From the IMG/VR virus record IMGVR_UViG_644736364_000008: a stretch of DNA of 64,000 nt. One strand, 5' to 3'. The notes beneath the pieces were generated by a model that searched no databases, had not been told where the DNA came from, and saw only the letters and a list, made by a program, of their open reading frames with translations. Below are positions 39,480-50,224 of the stretch, in pieces. This stretch comes from a virus. Taxonomy: Duplodnaviria > Heunggongvirae > Uroviricota > Caudoviricetes. Position numbers and translations under genes: made by a program. How positions within the stretch are numbered: the stretch's first letter is position 1; each line of letters starts with the position of its first letter.

Positions 39480-40040
39480 TCAGGAAGGAAGGGGTATTTC
39501 GGTGTGATGTTCGATATCGCCGTCAGACCCGTTACCGGGATCGAGATAATCAACATCAATCGCCAGCGTTCGCAGTTCATCCAGACTGTTCAGGTCATCC
39601 TGCTGGCGGGTATCGTCTTCGGTCAGCTCTCTGATGACCGAAAAATCGAACTGATAAATCAGCTCATGACGATTCAGATCCAGCAGCGTGCCGCCGTCAT
39701 AGGTAATCGGGTTACCGCACGCTTCCGGGTTCCAGCCCAGCAGGGCCTTAAAGAGCATCTGCCGGACATCGTCCACCACATCATACGAGGCAAACTGACC
39801 GCGCTCATCACGTCCGTTACTCAGTATGACAACCACGGAGAAGCCCTCTTTCAGCTCCTGCCAGTAGTCGGTCTGGCTTTTGTTTTCTCCCGGAGAGTCA
39901 TCACCCGGTACCACATATGCCGCCGGGAGTCTCAGCTTTCCGACCTCCGGCAGATTTTTGAACTGTGCCGCGCCTGCCACCCGGTTTTCAAAATACGGGC
40001 AGCGGGCACGCAGCGCAGCAATAACAGGCGTCAGTTTCAT
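39480..40040 (-). CDS. Head-tail joining / tail terminator-like protein (Mu gp37/38-like)
   Basis: 186 aa between head and tail modules. Confidence 0.45.
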   Translation of the reverse strand: MKLTPVIAALRARCPYFENRVAGAAQFKNLPEVGKLRLPAAYVVPGDDSPGENKSQTDYWQELKEGFSVVVILSNGRDERGQFASYDVVDDVRQMLFKALLGWNPEACGNPITYDGGTLLDLNRHELIYQFDFSVIRELTEDDTRQQDDLNSLDELRTLAIDVDYLDPGNGSDGDIEHHTEIPLPS

Positions 40041-40543
40041 CTGCGTCGTCGCTCCGGCTTCAGTGATTTACGTAATTCCCGCGCCAGAAAATAGCGTGTC
40101 CAGCTGCGGTTCTTTTCAAGCGTTTCCACCATAAAGTTATTACGTGGAGCCAGTCGCCAGCCGCTGCCACCGGATGCACCACGATGATGGCTGCGACGAC
40201 GCTTTGCCCCTCGCCTCACGCCATAGAACAAAAAAGCCGGATAAAAATCACCGGTGATACGGCGGTTTCCCTCTCCATTACGCTGGTTAGGGGCTATACG
40301 TGCCATAAAACCAGGGCGATGTTTACTGGCTCTGGGTACCATGTAACCAATCGAACGAGCCAGGCGTCCGGTCTGATAACCGGGGTTTTCACCCGGTGCC
40401 GACCGCGCACGGCGCATCACCAGCCGACGGGCATCACGCATATGACGCTGACCAATCGTGACAAACGCCCGCCGGACACGGGCGCGGTTAAAGCGCATCT
40501 CCGCGGGCTGCTGAAAATCAACGTGCAAAAAGGAAGTCGTCAT
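40037..40543 (-). CDS. Virion morphogenesis / neck protein (very basic)
   Basis: 168 aa, Arg-rich; synteny. Confidence 0.45.
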   Translation of the reverse strand: MTTSFLHVDFQQPAEMRFNRARVRRAFVTIGQRHMRDARRLVMRRARSAPGENPGYQTGRLARSIGYMVPRASKHRPGFMARIAPNQRNGEGNRRITGDFYPAFLFYGVRRGAKRRRSHHRGASGGSGWRLAPRNNFMVETLEKNRSWTRYFLARELRKSLKPERRRR

Positions 40544-40928
40544 TGTTGCCTCCGTGACTCTGCCTACATTCGCCCAGCTCCGTACACTCCAGCAGCAGAA
40601 AGCGCCGCGCCCCGTTCAGATCGCGCTGACGTTTCACCCGGTACACACTGTCACCGCAGACCACCTCATAATCAGCGGTAATCCCCCGGCGGTAACGAAT
40701 GGTGATGTAATGGGTGATGGCGTCCCCGGTCTGCGCGGTTTCCTGCCAGGTGGTGGCACTGGTCTGGATAACCTTCGCCCATGTCCGGAACGTAATCAGG
40801 TATTGAGGCTCCACGCCAAAGTTATCCGCGGGCATATCCACCCGCAGGCGGATCAGGACGCGTTTATTCAGTTCACCGGGGTCCGGCAGAATGTAGGTTG
40901 CGCTGGTCTGCGCCTGACGAATTTTCAT
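40518..40928 (-). CDS. Head closure / head-tail adaptor protein
   Basis: 136 aa; synteny. Confidence 0.45.
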   Translation of the reverse strand: MKIRQAQTSATYILPDPGELNKRVLIRLRVDMPADNFGVEPQYLITFRTWAKVIQTSATTWQETAQTGDAITHYITIRYRRGITADYEVVCGDSVYRVKRQRDLNGARRFLLLECTELGECRQSHGGNNDDFLFAR

Positions 40929-41248
40929 TGCGGAAAGTACCTGTACGGGCCGACAAGCCAGCCAAAACTCTGCGGCATGTCGAGTTTCTCCACTTCCGTA
41001 ACCGACGAGCGGTTTTCGTAAAAATGGCTGATAAGCATCAGCATCCCCAGACGAATATCATCCGGCAGGTGCAGCCCGTCCGGATCGCTGTCCGGAATGG
41101 TTTCATCCGGTGCATAGAGCTTCCGGTTCAGATACGTTTCCGTCCGCTTTTGTGCCGCACAGGCCAGCAGTTGCAGATGGCGGTCATCAGCATCGAAATC
41201 CTCATCCAGCCGGAGTTGGGCTTTAATCTCTTCCATTGTCAGAAGCAT
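40925..41248 (-). CDS. Head-tail connector (gp6-like) protein
   Basis: 107 aa immediately downstream of the capsid region. Confidence 0.5.
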   Translation of the reverse strand: MLLTMEEIKAQLRLDEDFDADDRHLQLLACAAQKRTETYLNRKLYAPDETIPDSDPDGLHLPDDIRLGMLMLISHFYENRSSVTEVEKLDMPQSFGWLVGPYRYFPQ

Positions 41249-41250
41249 AC

Positions 41251-41451
41251 TCAGCCCTCTTTACTGGTCGTGGCTTTTTTCTCTTTTGCCGCTTTACTGC
41301 TTTTTGCACTGATTCCGCGCTCTGCTAACCCGGCCTGAAGTGCAATCTCCTGCACCCGGGCAGGAAGCGCCCCATCGTCATACTCACCGGCCCGAATGAC
41401 CTCAACACGCATACCGTCCGGTGACCATTTCAGATCTTGTTTCAGGATCAT
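41251..41451 (-). CDS. Small head-associated protein (66 aa)
   Basis: ORF between capsid and connector genes. Confidence 0.4.
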   Translation of the reverse strand: MILKQDLKWSPDGMRVEVIRAGEYDDGALPARVQEIALQAGLAERGISAKSSKAAKEKKATTSKEG

Positions 41452-41500
41452 GATTCTTCACCCGTCAGAACAGGGGGCGCGGTTCCGCGCCCCTGAGTGA

Positions 41501-42706
41501 TTACGCCGCTGCAATCTTCAGCAGTTTGATGGCCTGCGAATCGACCAGCATCCCGCCGGTGCGCTTGGTGGTATAAAAACCGACAAACGGTTTATTGGTG
41601 TACGGGTCACGCAGAATGCGGGTGCCGATACGGTCAACGATGGTGTAACCCCGTTTGAAGTTACCAAATGCAATGGCTTTCGCATCAGCGGCGATATCCG
41701 GCATCTGTTCGTTTTCAGCGATACCGTAACCCGCCAGAGAGGACGGCTGCCCCAGTTCCAGCCCCGGACGCCACAGATAGTTACCCTCGCTGTCTTTAAG
41801 CAGACGGATGGCAAACAGGCTGTTGTTGTTCATCATGAACTTCGCGCCAGTGCGGTGTGCCTTACGCAGCGTGTAAATCAGTTTGATAATGGCGTCTGCG
41901 GTCACCGCCGTCGCTTCGCCGGATACAATATGCTGAAGTTTGCCGAACGCCCGGACCTTATCGGTTTCATCAGTGGATTCATACGCCAGGAACCCTTTCG
42001 GCTTCTTGGTACCATCGCCGGTGGTAAAGGCAATTTCTTCCTGTTCGGCAAATTCGGTTGCCAGCTCGCTGTTGATCCATGCTTCCACGTTGAAAAAGGC
42101 ATCATCCAGCATTTTCTGGGTGGCCTGCGGGTTACCGTAGATTTCCCCCATGAAAGGTTCAATCAGGCCCAGTTTTGAGGTGGCAGTCTGGGAGCGCGCG
42201 TCAGTCTCGCCAACCCATCCGGAAGCCGTGCCGCCCAGATTCACCAGTTTTTTGTAGTCGGAACCACCAACGGTGATCACCGTGGCTTCCTGGCGCATCA
42301 CCACTTCATCTTTCAGCAGGGTGAGAATGTTGCGATCCAGTGCTTCCGGCACGGCATAGCCGCCGTCTTCATCGGTGCCCACCTGCAATGCCTTGCGCTC
42401 CAGATCGCGCAGACCATCTTCACGGCCTTTACGCAGGAAGCCCACAAACGCTTCTTTATGCTCGGTGGCCAGTTTATTTTGCGCACCACCTGCCGGACGT
42501 TTCAGCTCAAGCAGCTCTTTTTCAAGATCGCTTTTGAGGTTTTCCAGCTCGCTGAGTTTCCCGTTCAGGGTTTCCACCTGCCCGGCAAGTTTGCCTTTTT
42601 CCTGCTCAATCGCATCCACGCGCTTGTCGTTCTTTGCTTTGAAGTCGTCAAACTTCTGCTGCAGCTCCTGCGCGACCTGTTCGACATCTTTAATATCAAC
42701 CGCCAT
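41501..42706 (-). CDS. Major capsid protein, HK97 family
   Basis: 401 aa; N-terminal coiled-coil delta-like region then capsid fold; follows prohead protease. Confidence 0.85.
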   Translation of the reverse strand: MAVDIKDVEQVAQELQQKFDDFKAKNDKRVDAIEQEKGKLAGQVETLNGKLSELENLKSDLEKELLELKRPAGGAQNKLATEHKEAFVGFLRKGREDGLRDLERKALQVGTDEDGGYAVPEALDRNILTLLKDEVVMRQEATVITVGGSDYKKLVNLGGTASGWVGETDARSQTATSKLGLIEPFMGEIYGNPQATQKMLDDAFFNVEAWINSELATEFAEQEEIAFTTGDGTKKPKGFLAYESTDETDKVRAFGKLQHIVSGEATAVTADAIIKLIYTLRKAHRTGAKFMMNNNSLFAIRLLKDSEGNYLWRPGLELGQPSSLAGYGIAENEQMPDIAADAKAIAFGNFKRGYTIVDRIGTRILRDPYTNKPFVGFYTTKRTGGMLVDSQAIKLLKIAAA

Positions 42707-42720
42707 CGTATTTCTCCTGA

Positions 42721-43407
42721 TTAGAAGTTCAGATTTTTCAGTGCATTCAGTGCAGAGCCCACATCCTCAGCGTCGCGCAGGGACAGTGCGCCATAGCCCC
42801 CGGCCATGAATGCTTTGGCCTGGGTACGGGAGAGTCCGACATCACGCAGGACTCTTTCGATTTTTTTCTGTTCGGGGATTTCCCCGCGGGCCAGTGCGTT
42901 CTTGACGTCGCTGATCCGCGCCTCGTCGTTAGACGGGAACGTCACCAGGCTGACTTCCCAGAGGTCGATTTCTTTCAGCAGAAAGGCTTCTTTGCTCCGG
43001 TCGTATTCCCAGTCTTTCAGGACGTACCCAATAGAAAGGCCGGTTAACGAACCGGCCTTCATGTGTGCATGTGCGCGTTTTGCGAGGGGATCATCATCAA
43101 TAAGCAACCGTCCCCTGACGTAAAGCCCGACATCGTCTTCCTTCATTTCGGTGTAAACACCGATGGGTTCATCCATGCGGTGCTGCCAGAGCAGCGCAGG
43201 TAACGCTTTTCTGTCACTCCACGCCCGCAGGGAAGCAGCAAATGCCCCGGACATCACCACATCATCGTGGCTGTCCTTTACACCAAAGACGGAGCCATAC
43301 CCTTCAAACTCACCGGAGTCACTGACAGATTTCAGACTCAGCGGTACATCAAGACGTTGTTTCGTCTGCATTGGCGTTATCCTTCTGCTTACCGGCTTTA
43401 CTGCCAT
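42721..43407 (-). CDS. Prohead maturation protease, HK97 family
   Basis: 228 aa between portal and capsid. Confidence 0.85.
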   Translation of the reverse strand: MAVKPVSRRITPMQTKQRLDVPLSLKSVSDSGEFEGYGSVFGVKDSHDDVVMSGAFAASLRAWSDRKALPALLWQHRMDEPIGVYTEMKEDDVGLYVRGRLLIDDDPLAKRAHAHMKAGSLTGLSIGYVLKDWEYDRSKEAFLLKEIDLWEVSLVTFPSNDEARISDVKNALARGEIPEQKKIERVLRDVGLSRTQAKAFMAGGYGALSLRDAEDVGSALNALKNLNF

Positions 43408-44590
43408 CGGAGGGTTTCGTGGTCATGTTCATCGGTGTGAGATAGACATCCCCACCGGGACGGGGATTCATATCTTCCAGGTCGCGGCAGTCATTGGGAG
43501 AGTAAATTCCCCAGTTAATCCCGGTGGCGTAGGCTTCAAAACGGGACTTCATATCCCCGCGCAGTAACGCCCCGGCGTTAAATTTGGCGTAATAAACGCC
43601 CTGCTTACTTTTTCGAACCAGTCCGGTGTTGATCCGCTGCTCGATGCGGGTCAGATACGGCACCAGTGAATAGTTGATAAATCCCAGCCCCAGCTCTTCA
43701 ATATTGTTGAAGGTGGCGCGATCGGTGTTCTGCACCATGTGCAACGGCACCCGGAACAGACGACAGATTTCTTCAAGCTGAAACTTGCGGGTTTCCAGGA
43801 ACTGGCTGTCCTCGGCGTTCAGCGCCATCGACTTCCAGTCCAGCCCCATCTCAAGGATCATCGGGCGGTGAGCATTACCAAGCCCGGTGTGACGCTCCTC
43901 AAAATCTTTCTTCAGGCGCTCGTAAGCCTGATCTGACAGCGTCTGCTCTGTACGCAACACACCCGACGTCACCGCACCATTGCTGAACAGTCTGGCCCCG
44001 TGCTCTTCGGTCGCAGCTGCCAGCGATATTGCCTCGCGGGCATAGGCGATGGGATTCAGCCCCACCAGACCGTCCAGCGTCAGCGTGCGCACATGCCAGA
44101 TATCTTCCTGGCTCAGCACATCCGTGGAGCCGTCCGAGAATGTGACCTGATAGACCGGCTCCCAGCTACTGTTAAGCTTCGGTACCACACAGCCAGGATC
44201 GACGGGCAGCAGTTCAGCCACTTCGCCAAATGCTTTCACTTTGTAGGCGTAAAAGTTTCCCCGCAGGCACAGACAGGTGACCACCAGCTCCCAGAACTCC
44301 TGCGGCGTCATATAGCCATTGGGATGCGTGGAGATCAGCTTATGCAGACGTTCGCCGGTGGCCCTCTGTTTCAGGCTGCCGTTCAGGTGATACAGATTGC
44401 AGGGCAACATCCCGACCGACTCTGCCAGCACCCTGACGCAGGAAAAAACCGCCGTCAGTCGCATGGCCCGCTGGCTGCTGATCTGCTTTCCGGTATAGGT
44501 GTCGTATGACAGCCCGATAGCCTCCGCCAGCTCTGCTGGCGTGGTCACCGGCGCGTCACTTTTTCGTTGAAATAATCCCGAAAAGAACAC
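43349..44590 (-). CDS. Portal protein, HK97 family
   Basis: 413 aa downstream of terminase. Confidence 0.85.
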   Translation of the reverse strand: MFFSGLFQRKSDAPVTTPAELAEAIGLSYDTYTGKQISSQRAMRLTAVFSCVRVLAESVGMLPCNLYHLNGSLKQRATGERLHKLISTHPNGYMTPQEFWELVVTCLCLRGNFYAYKVKAFGEVAELLPVDPGCVVPKLNSSWEPVYQVTFSDGSTDVLSQEDIWHVRTLTLDGLVGLNPIAYAREAISLAAATEEHGARLFSNGAVTSGVLRTEQTLSDQAYERLKKDFEERHTGLGNAHRPMILEMGLDWKSMALNAEDSQFLETRKFQLEEICRLFRVPLHMVQNTDRATFNNIEELGLGFINYSLVPYLTRIEQRINTGLVRKSKQGVYYAKFNAGALLRGDMKSRFEAYATGINWGIYSPNDCRDLEDMNPRPGGDVYLTPMNMTTKPSDGSKAGKQKDNANADETTS

Positions 44591-44772
44591 TATTTACCTC
44601 CGCCGACAGACAGCTGTGTACGATCGAGATATCGCGCCACCAGCCACGACCAGAACAGGCACAGCGCCCCGGCAACAACAAAACCCGCCGGGGGATAAAT
44701 CAGCCAGGCACCATATGCCAGCAAAAGCGCACCCAGCACGCCCACCAGAGGCGCGAGAATCAGCATGATCAT
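44590..44772 (-). CDS. Small membrane protein (60 aa)
   Basis: Two hydrophobic helices; ATGA-coupled to portal. Confidence 0.35.
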   Translation of the reverse strand: MIMLILAPLVGVLGALLLAYGAWLIYPPAGFVVAGALCLFWSWLVARYLDRTQLSVGGGK

Positions 44773-44783
44773 AATTACCTCAG

Positions 44784-46517
44784 TTAAAGCGAGCGGATCC
44801 CGTAGGACTCAATGTGGTCAGACAGCGTGTCTTCTTTCTCGTACAACATGGCTCTGCCAACCGCCATAATCAGCGCAACTGCACCATCGATTTTGTTTTC
44901 CGCCTGCTCTTTGACGGGTTTCACCACATCATCGTTACCCGGAATGGTTTTGCCGACCACGTTGCCGATACACCAGGTCATGATGGGATTGCCATCATGA
45001 TGAAAGCGCCCCGATTCAATTGCCGCTTCCAGCTCTTTCATCGGGTCGGACATGTTGGTGTAGTTCTGAATGATAGTGATGGGGTTCAGGTCTTCATCAG
45101 CAAGGTCATGTGACAACCCGGTCGCCCCGAAGGGGTCGATGGGTGACTCACTGACCGGGCTGATTTTGTTCGCCGCTTTGGCCTCCTCGAGGATGTAGCG
45201 ATAATCCACCTCCGCACCATCGGTAACGGTCAGAACGCCCATTTCCACCCATTTCTGAAAGCGTTCGGCTGTCCGTCGATCTTCATTTTTCTCGACGCTG
45301 TACACCGTGTCATACGGTACCCAGAAACGCGGGGCCACACTGTAGTAATGCGTTTTACCGTCAATCTCGCGGGTATAAAGTCGCGCCATGCTGTTCATAT
45401 CCAGCTTACGCGCCAGGTCAAAGGCCAGAATGCACGGCTGCCCCTCGAACTGCTCAAGGGTCAGTGATTTATCCTCGCAGCTCTGCCAGCTCACCAGGTT
45501 GAAATACGCCGAACGCGCCGACACCCAGATATTGAGGTGTTTTGTTTTAAAGACGTTTGCCAGACGGGCGTTATTTTTCGCACGCTGCTGCTGACTTAAC
45601 AAAAATTCGCGATAAACCGACACGCCAATATTTGGATTGGCTTTTTCCAGCACCTGCGGGTCGGTCCAGTCGTCACCTTCATCAACGGTATAGATGATCC
45701 CGAACAGTTCATCGTTAGGCACCGAGCCATTGAGCATCTCGATGACTTCCCGCCGCTTGTCGTAGCACGGCCCCTCAATGTTGTACCCGGCGGTGGTGAT
45801 AGCCCACATCAGTGGCTGACGTCGCGCCCCCATCCCGGTAAGCATCGTGGTGTAAAGCGCATCGGTGGCGTGCTCGTGATATTCATCCACCACCGCACAG
45901 TGGGGTGATGAACCATCACCGGGGTTACCGATCAGCGGTTCAAACCGCGCGCCATCCTCCGGACGGTTCATGTTTGAGGCGTTAACCTCAATCCCGAACG
46001 CTTCCGTCAGCATGGGTGTGCGTTTACACATCAGTCGAGCCGGGCGAAAGACTTCCCACGCCTGTTTCTCTGTCGTGGCACCGGAATACACTTCCGCGCC
46101 AAACTCGTTATCACAGGCAAAACAATACAGGGCAACACCGGCAGAGATTGCCGATTTGCCGTTCTTACGGGGGATTTCGGTATACACCTCCCGGAAGCGG
46201 CGCAGCCGGGAGCCTTTATTGACCCAGCCAAACGCGCAGCAGATCACAAAGAGCTGCCACGGCTCCAGCGTGATGGGCATCCTCTTAAATGCCCACTCAC
46301 CCTTGGTGTGCGGCAACAGCTGAATAAATTTGGCGGCCCGTTCAGCCAGGTCCTTGTCGAAGCGGTAACGAAACGACTTACTTTTTTCCGCCATCAGGTC
46401 ATCAAGATGGCGCTGGCAGGCCTGAATCACAAACTGGCAGGCCACAATCTTTCCGCGCACGACATCCCGGGCATACTGATTGGCAGCATTTACGTTGGGG
46501 TAAGATTTCCGGCTCAT
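44784..46517 (-). CDS. Terminase large subunit
   Basis: 577 aa; coupled to small subunit. Confidence 0.9.
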   Translation of the reverse strand: MSRKSYPNVNAANQYARDVVRGKIVACQFVIQACQRHLDDLMAEKSKSFRYRFDKDLAERAAKFIQLLPHTKGEWAFKRMPITLEPWQLFVICCAFGWVNKGSRLRRFREVYTEIPRKNGKSAISAGVALYCFACDNEFGAEVYSGATTEKQAWEVFRPARLMCKRTPMLTEAFGIEVNASNMNRPEDGARFEPLIGNPGDGSSPHCAVVDEYHEHATDALYTTMLTGMGARRQPLMWAITTAGYNIEGPCYDKRREVIEMLNGSVPNDELFGIIYTVDEGDDWTDPQVLEKANPNIGVSVYREFLLSQQQRAKNNARLANVFKTKHLNIWVSARSAYFNLVSWQSCEDKSLTLEQFEGQPCILAFDLARKLDMNSMARLYTREIDGKTHYYSVAPRFWVPYDTVYSVEKNEDRRTAERFQKWVEMGVLTVTDGAEVDYRYILEEAKAANKISPVSESPIDPFGATGLSHDLADEDLNPITIIQNYTNMSDPMKELEAAIESGRFHHDGNPIMTWCIGNVVGKTIPGNDDVVKPVKEQAENKIDGAVALIMAVGRAMLYEKEDTLSDHIESYGIRSL

Positions 46518-47017
46518 GATTCGATGATTTTCAGAAACGGGTTAGTGGCTTTCTTCTGCCCCGCCAGGCCAATCAGACGCTGACGGCTGCTGGGGTCGAG
46601 TCCGAGCATTGCCCCCGTGCTGCTCATCTCGGACTCCTGTTCTTTTTTGGCTGTCAGCTCCGGATTTTTGACCCTGCCGCCCATTGCGCCGGTGATGGTA
46701 TTGCCCTGTATGGCAATATTTTTCACAGCACGTCGCCAGAACTCATAGGCCACGCACCACCGCTCAAGCACCGCGAGGTCAGTCACGCACAGCAGGCCCT
46801 GACCGCAGAGTTCTTTGGTTGTCAGTTGCCACATGATCGTGGCGAGAGGGAGATCTTCTTCAGCGAACCACTCCGGTGGCTCAACACCTTTGATGGGCGT
46901 AAAAACAGGTTCATCTTTGTTCAGGGCTCGCTTGCCGGGGTTTCCGGCCAGCGCCTTGCGCGCCGTTGGCTTGGGGCGACGCCCGGAACGCCCCGCCGTT
47001 CCAGCCATATGCGGCAC
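46514..47017 (-). CDS. Terminase small subunit
   Basis: 167 aa immediately upstream of the large subunit. Confidence 0.7.
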   Translation of the reverse strand: MPHMAGTAGRSGRRPKPTARKALAGNPGKRALNKDEPVFTPIKGVEPPEWFAEEDLPLATIMWQLTTKELCGQGLLCVTDLAVLERWCVAYEFWRRAVKNIAIQGNTITGAMGGRVKNPELTAKKEQESEMSSTGAMLGLDPSSRQRLIGLAGQKKATNPFLKIIES

Positions 47018-47133
47018 TCCTGGTTAAATTTCATTTTTCGCGGGTATAAAAAAACGATGGGGCGGGCAGTCCGGAAGACGTCAGGTCACAGGGATTTGAC
47101 CCGCCCCTCCCCTCAGAAAGTTGAGAATTATTA

Positions 47134-47484
47134 TCACTTCAGTCGTTCACGGGCCGTCTTCGCCTTATGACACGGCCAGCACAGGCTCTGCAGATTGCAG
47201 TCTGCATCAGTGCCGCCATGCGCTTTAGGGATGATGTGGTCAACGGTTTTCGCCTCACGCACCACACCGACATGCAGGCACAACTGACACAGGCCTTTGT
47301 CACGCTTCAGCACGCGCGCGCGGATAACATCCCACTTCGAACCGTAGCCGCGCTGGTGACGGGATTGTCCTGGCTTGTATTGTTTCCAGCCTTCGCTTTT
47401 GTGGCTTTCACAATAGCCTGACGGATCAGTGGTGGTTTGGCGGCAGCCGCGAACGCGGCAGGCTTTTGGGGTTCGTGGGGGCAT
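47134..47484 (-). CDS. HNH endonuclease (packaging-associated)
   Basis: 116 aa with CxxC...HIIPKAHGG...CxxCH His-Me finger; adjacent to terminase. Confidence 0.8.
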   Translation of the reverse strand: MPPRTPKACRVRGCRQTTTDPSGYCESHKSEGWKQYKPGQSRHQRGYGSKWDVIRARVLKRDKGLCQLCLHVGVVREAKTVDHIIPKAHGGTDADCNLQSLCWPCHKAKTARERLK

Positions 47485-47586
47485 TTAAAGTGGGATCTAA
47501 CTCTAATAATTTAAAAAATTTAATTGGGTCTTGATATTAATCACATAGACTCAATGCTCTTTAGTTCTTACATAGGTGGTTGTATT

Positions 47587-48027
47587 ATGAGTATCCCCAG
47601 TTTAGATGTTCATAAAGTTGTTAAGTGCGCAGAGCATAAAAAGGCTTTAGATGCAATATCTCTCAAACTTAAGAATAACATTATTGACTCAAGCTCTGAA
47701 TACGATTTTCTTGGCGACACAATAATTTTCAATAAAGATAAAAAAAATAGGTTAACCCTCAAACTTTCAACATATGAACTAGAACTTATTTTCAAAGAAA
47801 CACTGCTAGTCATTGATGAAGCTCCTGTATTGAAGTTTGCTGCCATTGACCCAACCGATGAAAATAACAACGAGCTGATTGATTTATTTTTATCCAAAGG
47901 TGGATTTATTTATATTAGAGAATACAAATCCGAGCCACATTATGAGTATGGCGACACTTCTCTATTTTTACATATACTTGACGCTACTCTTAAAGAGCTT
48001 AAATCTGCAAACAAAATATCCTATTAA
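47587..48027 (+). CDS. AT-rich cargo protein of unknown function (146 aa)
   Basis: Opposite strand to surrounding phage genes, strongly AT-rich, SD aggtgg upstream of ATG at 47587. Confidence 0.6.
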   Translation: MSIPSLDVHKVVKCAEHKKALDAISLKLKNNIIDSSSEYDFLGDTIIFNKDKKNRLTLKLSTYELELIFKETLLVIDEAPVLKFAAIDPTDENNNELIDLFLSKGGFIYIREYKSEPHYEYGDTSLFLHILDATLKELKSANKISY

Positions 48028-48133
48028 ATAAATTTTTGCTAACATAGCCCCGCGCCATGACAAGATTTTCTGTTCTAGATGCAAGGGCTATGTGTGAATA
48101 TCTATAAACAAAAACCCCATCCGGTGATTTTTG

Positions 48134-48385
48134 TCATTTTTTAGCCATCTCAATTGCGGCATCAAAAAGTCGTTCAAGAATAAAATCAGGGTACTGTAAT
48201 TTTTCTTGCTCGATATGAAGCTCATAAATTTTCCCTTCCCACTCCCATTTAAAATTAAATCCAGAAGCAGAAGGTGCGAAATGTGTTTTAGCTTTAGGGT
48301 TAGCGTAACCAGCAACAGTCAACACATCAAACTTAAAATCTTGAGGTTTAATACGCATAATCATATCCTTTGCCAAGTTCATCAT
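48134..48385 (-). CDS. Hypothetical protein (83 aa)
   Basis: AT-rich ORF between the lysis cassette and packaging genes. Confidence 0.45.
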   Translation of the reverse strand: MMNLAKDMIMRIKPQDFKFDVLTVAGYANPKAKTHFAPSASGFNFKWEWEGKIYELHIEQEKLQYPDFILERLFDAAIEMAKK

Positions 48386-48455
48386 TATTCTTCTCGATTA
48401 TAAAACAATGAATAAAATCATTAAAGCATAGACGTTAAATATCCTCAAAATGTGA

Positions 48456-48893
48456 TTAGTTGGGACATTGCGTCCTGATATACTCCTGCAAGTAATTGAC
48501 CTGTGAGGTTATCTTGTCGATTCCACTTCGGAGACGGTAATAATGGAGTTCAGCATCTGCTGTAAGTCTAGGGCTTTCTCCATCGCCCATGCCGCTGGCT
48601 CCGGTCGTTGACTTTGTACAGGTGGCGGCGACTTGCAGGCGCTTATGCCCAGCAGAAACATCAGCACGAAGACTTTCGATAGTCGCATTAGCATCAGCAA
48701 GCTCCTTTGTATATCTGGCATCGAGTTCAGCTACATTACGTTGACGCTTCTGCATATCAGCGATGATGGATGTGGCTTTATCGCGCTGTACTTTGTAGAC
48801 GATGGCGTCATCACGGTAATTATCAACAGCCCATGACAAGCAGACGATGATGCAGATAACCAGAGCGGATATAATCACCGTTACTCTGCTCAT
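48456..48893 (-). CDS. Rz-like i-spanin
   Basis: N-terminal TM anchor then coiled-coil; downstream of endolysin. Confidence 0.7.
   Translation of the reverse strand: MSRVTVIISALVICIIVCLSWAVDNYRDDAIVYKVQRDKATSIIADMQKRQRNVAELDARYTKELADANATIESLRADVSAGHKRLQVAATCTKSTTGASGMGDGESPRLTADAELHYYRLRSGIDKITSQVNYLQEYIRTQCPN
48509..48721 (-). CDS. Rz1-like o-spanin lipoprotein embedded in Rz
   Basis: Out-of-frame embedded ORF with lipobox LLGISAC and Pro-rich mature part. Confidence 0.55.
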   Translation of the reverse strand: MPDIQRSLLMLMRLSKVFVLMFLLGISACKSPPPVQSQRPEPAAWAMEKALDLQQMLNSIITVSEVESTR

Positions 48894-49366
48894 ACCTGAA
48901 TCTCTTTGACCGTTCCGCCGGCTTCTTTGAATTTTGCAATCAGGCTGTCAGCCTTATGCTCAAACTGACCATAACCAGCTCCCGGCAGTGAAGCCCAGAT
49001 ATTGCTGCAACGGTCGATAGCCTGACGAATATCACCGCGATCAATCATCGGTAAAGCACCACGCTCTTTAATCTGCTGCAGTGCAACAGCATCCTGGCTT
49101 TTTGGAGAGAAGTCTTTCAGTCCAAGCTGTTTACGGTATGCATCCCACCAGCGGGAAAGAAGCTGGTAGCGCCCGGCAGCCGTTGATTTGAGTTTTGGGT
49201 TTAGCGTGACAAGTCTGCGAGGGTGATCGGAGTAATCAGTGAATATTTCTCCGCCCACAATGACGTCATAACCATGATTACGTGTCGGTTGTAGCCCATT
49301 ATCCGTTCCTTCTGACCAGGCCACCATATCGAGGAAAGCTTTACGCTGAGGATTAAGATTTTGCAT
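48890..49366 (-). CDS. Endolysin (lambda R-like transglycosylase/lysozyme)
   Basis: 158 aa; AWSEGTD catalytic-Glu motif. Confidence 0.8.
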   Translation of the reverse strand: MQNLNPQRKAFLDMVAWSEGTDNGLQPTRNHGYDVIVGGEIFTDYSDHPRRLVTLNPKLKSTAAGRYQLLSRWWDAYRKQLGLKDFSPKSQDAVALQQIKERGALPMIDRGDIRQAIDRCSNIWASLPGAGYGQFEHKADSLIAKFKEAGGTVKEIQV

Positions 49367-49658
49367 TTTTCACCCCTGTCAGTCGTTCCCAGAAGTACGT
49401 CAGTGCAACCGAACCCATCGCACCACTAATCCCCGCAGTTGCGAGAATCATGTAAATACTGAATCCACTTTCGATACTGATTAGGCCACCAATAACACCG
49501 GTGAATCCTGATACAACTATCTGAGCGAGGGCATTTATCCAGCTCCACGTTGCTTTACTCTGCTTCACATCAATCAGGTAACGGACAAGCCCCCCCCAAC
49601 CTGCGATGATCAGCAAAACAAGCCAGAACGCTCCGGCAAGATTCTCTTTTTCGTGCAT
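49353..49658 (-). CDS. Holin (start at MHEKENLAG; ORF extends to 49757)
   Basis: Three hydrophobic helices, charged C-terminus; overlaps endolysin start. Confidence 0.6.
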   Translation of the reverse strand: MHEKENLAGAFWLVLLIIAGWGGLVRYLIDVKQSKATWSWINALAQIVVSGFTGVIGGLISIESGFSIYMILATAGISGAMGSVALTYFWERLTGVKNAKS

Positions 49659-49809
49659 ATGAATAGCCGCAGTTTCGCCTCCGACAGAAAATCGGAGCGT
49701 GAAATGATATGTTGATTTATTATTAATTCGAAAATTACATTCTAATTCATCAGGCATTGATGATTTTATAATAATAAAGGCCGTTCGTTACGGCCTTTAT
49801 TATTGATAT

Positions 49810-50145
49810 TTATTTTACATCCCAAGGTAGTTCCTCAAGAGAGAAGACTAATTCATTATCAATAATTTCGTATTCTGCATAACCTTCAACCTCTCCTGAG
49901 AAGTTATTGTCAACGCATCCTTCATAATAGCTATATGGTGCTATAAAGTGAAACCCATATTCATCTATCTCTGTGATTTCAAAATTGTAGTAATCGTAAG
50001 AATATCGAATATCATCATCAGAAATAGAACTAAGTACATAGTTATTAAATTTATCGGAATGCTTAACGATAAGTTCTGACAACGCGTCAAGATTCTCTGG
50101 AGAGATATTTCCTAACGGTAATCTGTACTCAACGGCATTAATCAT
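49810..50145 (-). CDS. Highly acidic AT-rich cargo protein (111 aa) between Q/tR' and the holin
   Basis: Low-GC ORF rich in D/E/Y in the late-operon leader position. Confidence 0.6.
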   Translation of the reverse strand: MINAVEYRLPLGNISPENLDALSELIVKHSDKFNNYVLSSISDDDIRYSYDYYNFEITEIDEYGFHFIAPYSYYEGCVDNNFSGEVEGYAEYEIIDNELVFSLEELPWDVK

Positions 50146-50197
50146 ACAACCTCCTTTTTAACTGATATGAGGTTATATAATGTGTTTCAGTACAAGT

Positions 50198-50224
50198 AAA
50201 TAAAAACCCGCTCAACAGCGGGTT
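50198..50224 (-). terminator. tR'-like terminator downstream of the late promoter
   Basis: Minus-strand aacccgc-tgttga-gcgggtt followed by TTTTTAT. Confidence 0.5.

Noticed and set aside
42375-42809. Plus-strand Ser/Pro-rich ORF 42375-42809
   Set aside because: Low-complexity translation antisense to the major capsid gene; shadow frame.
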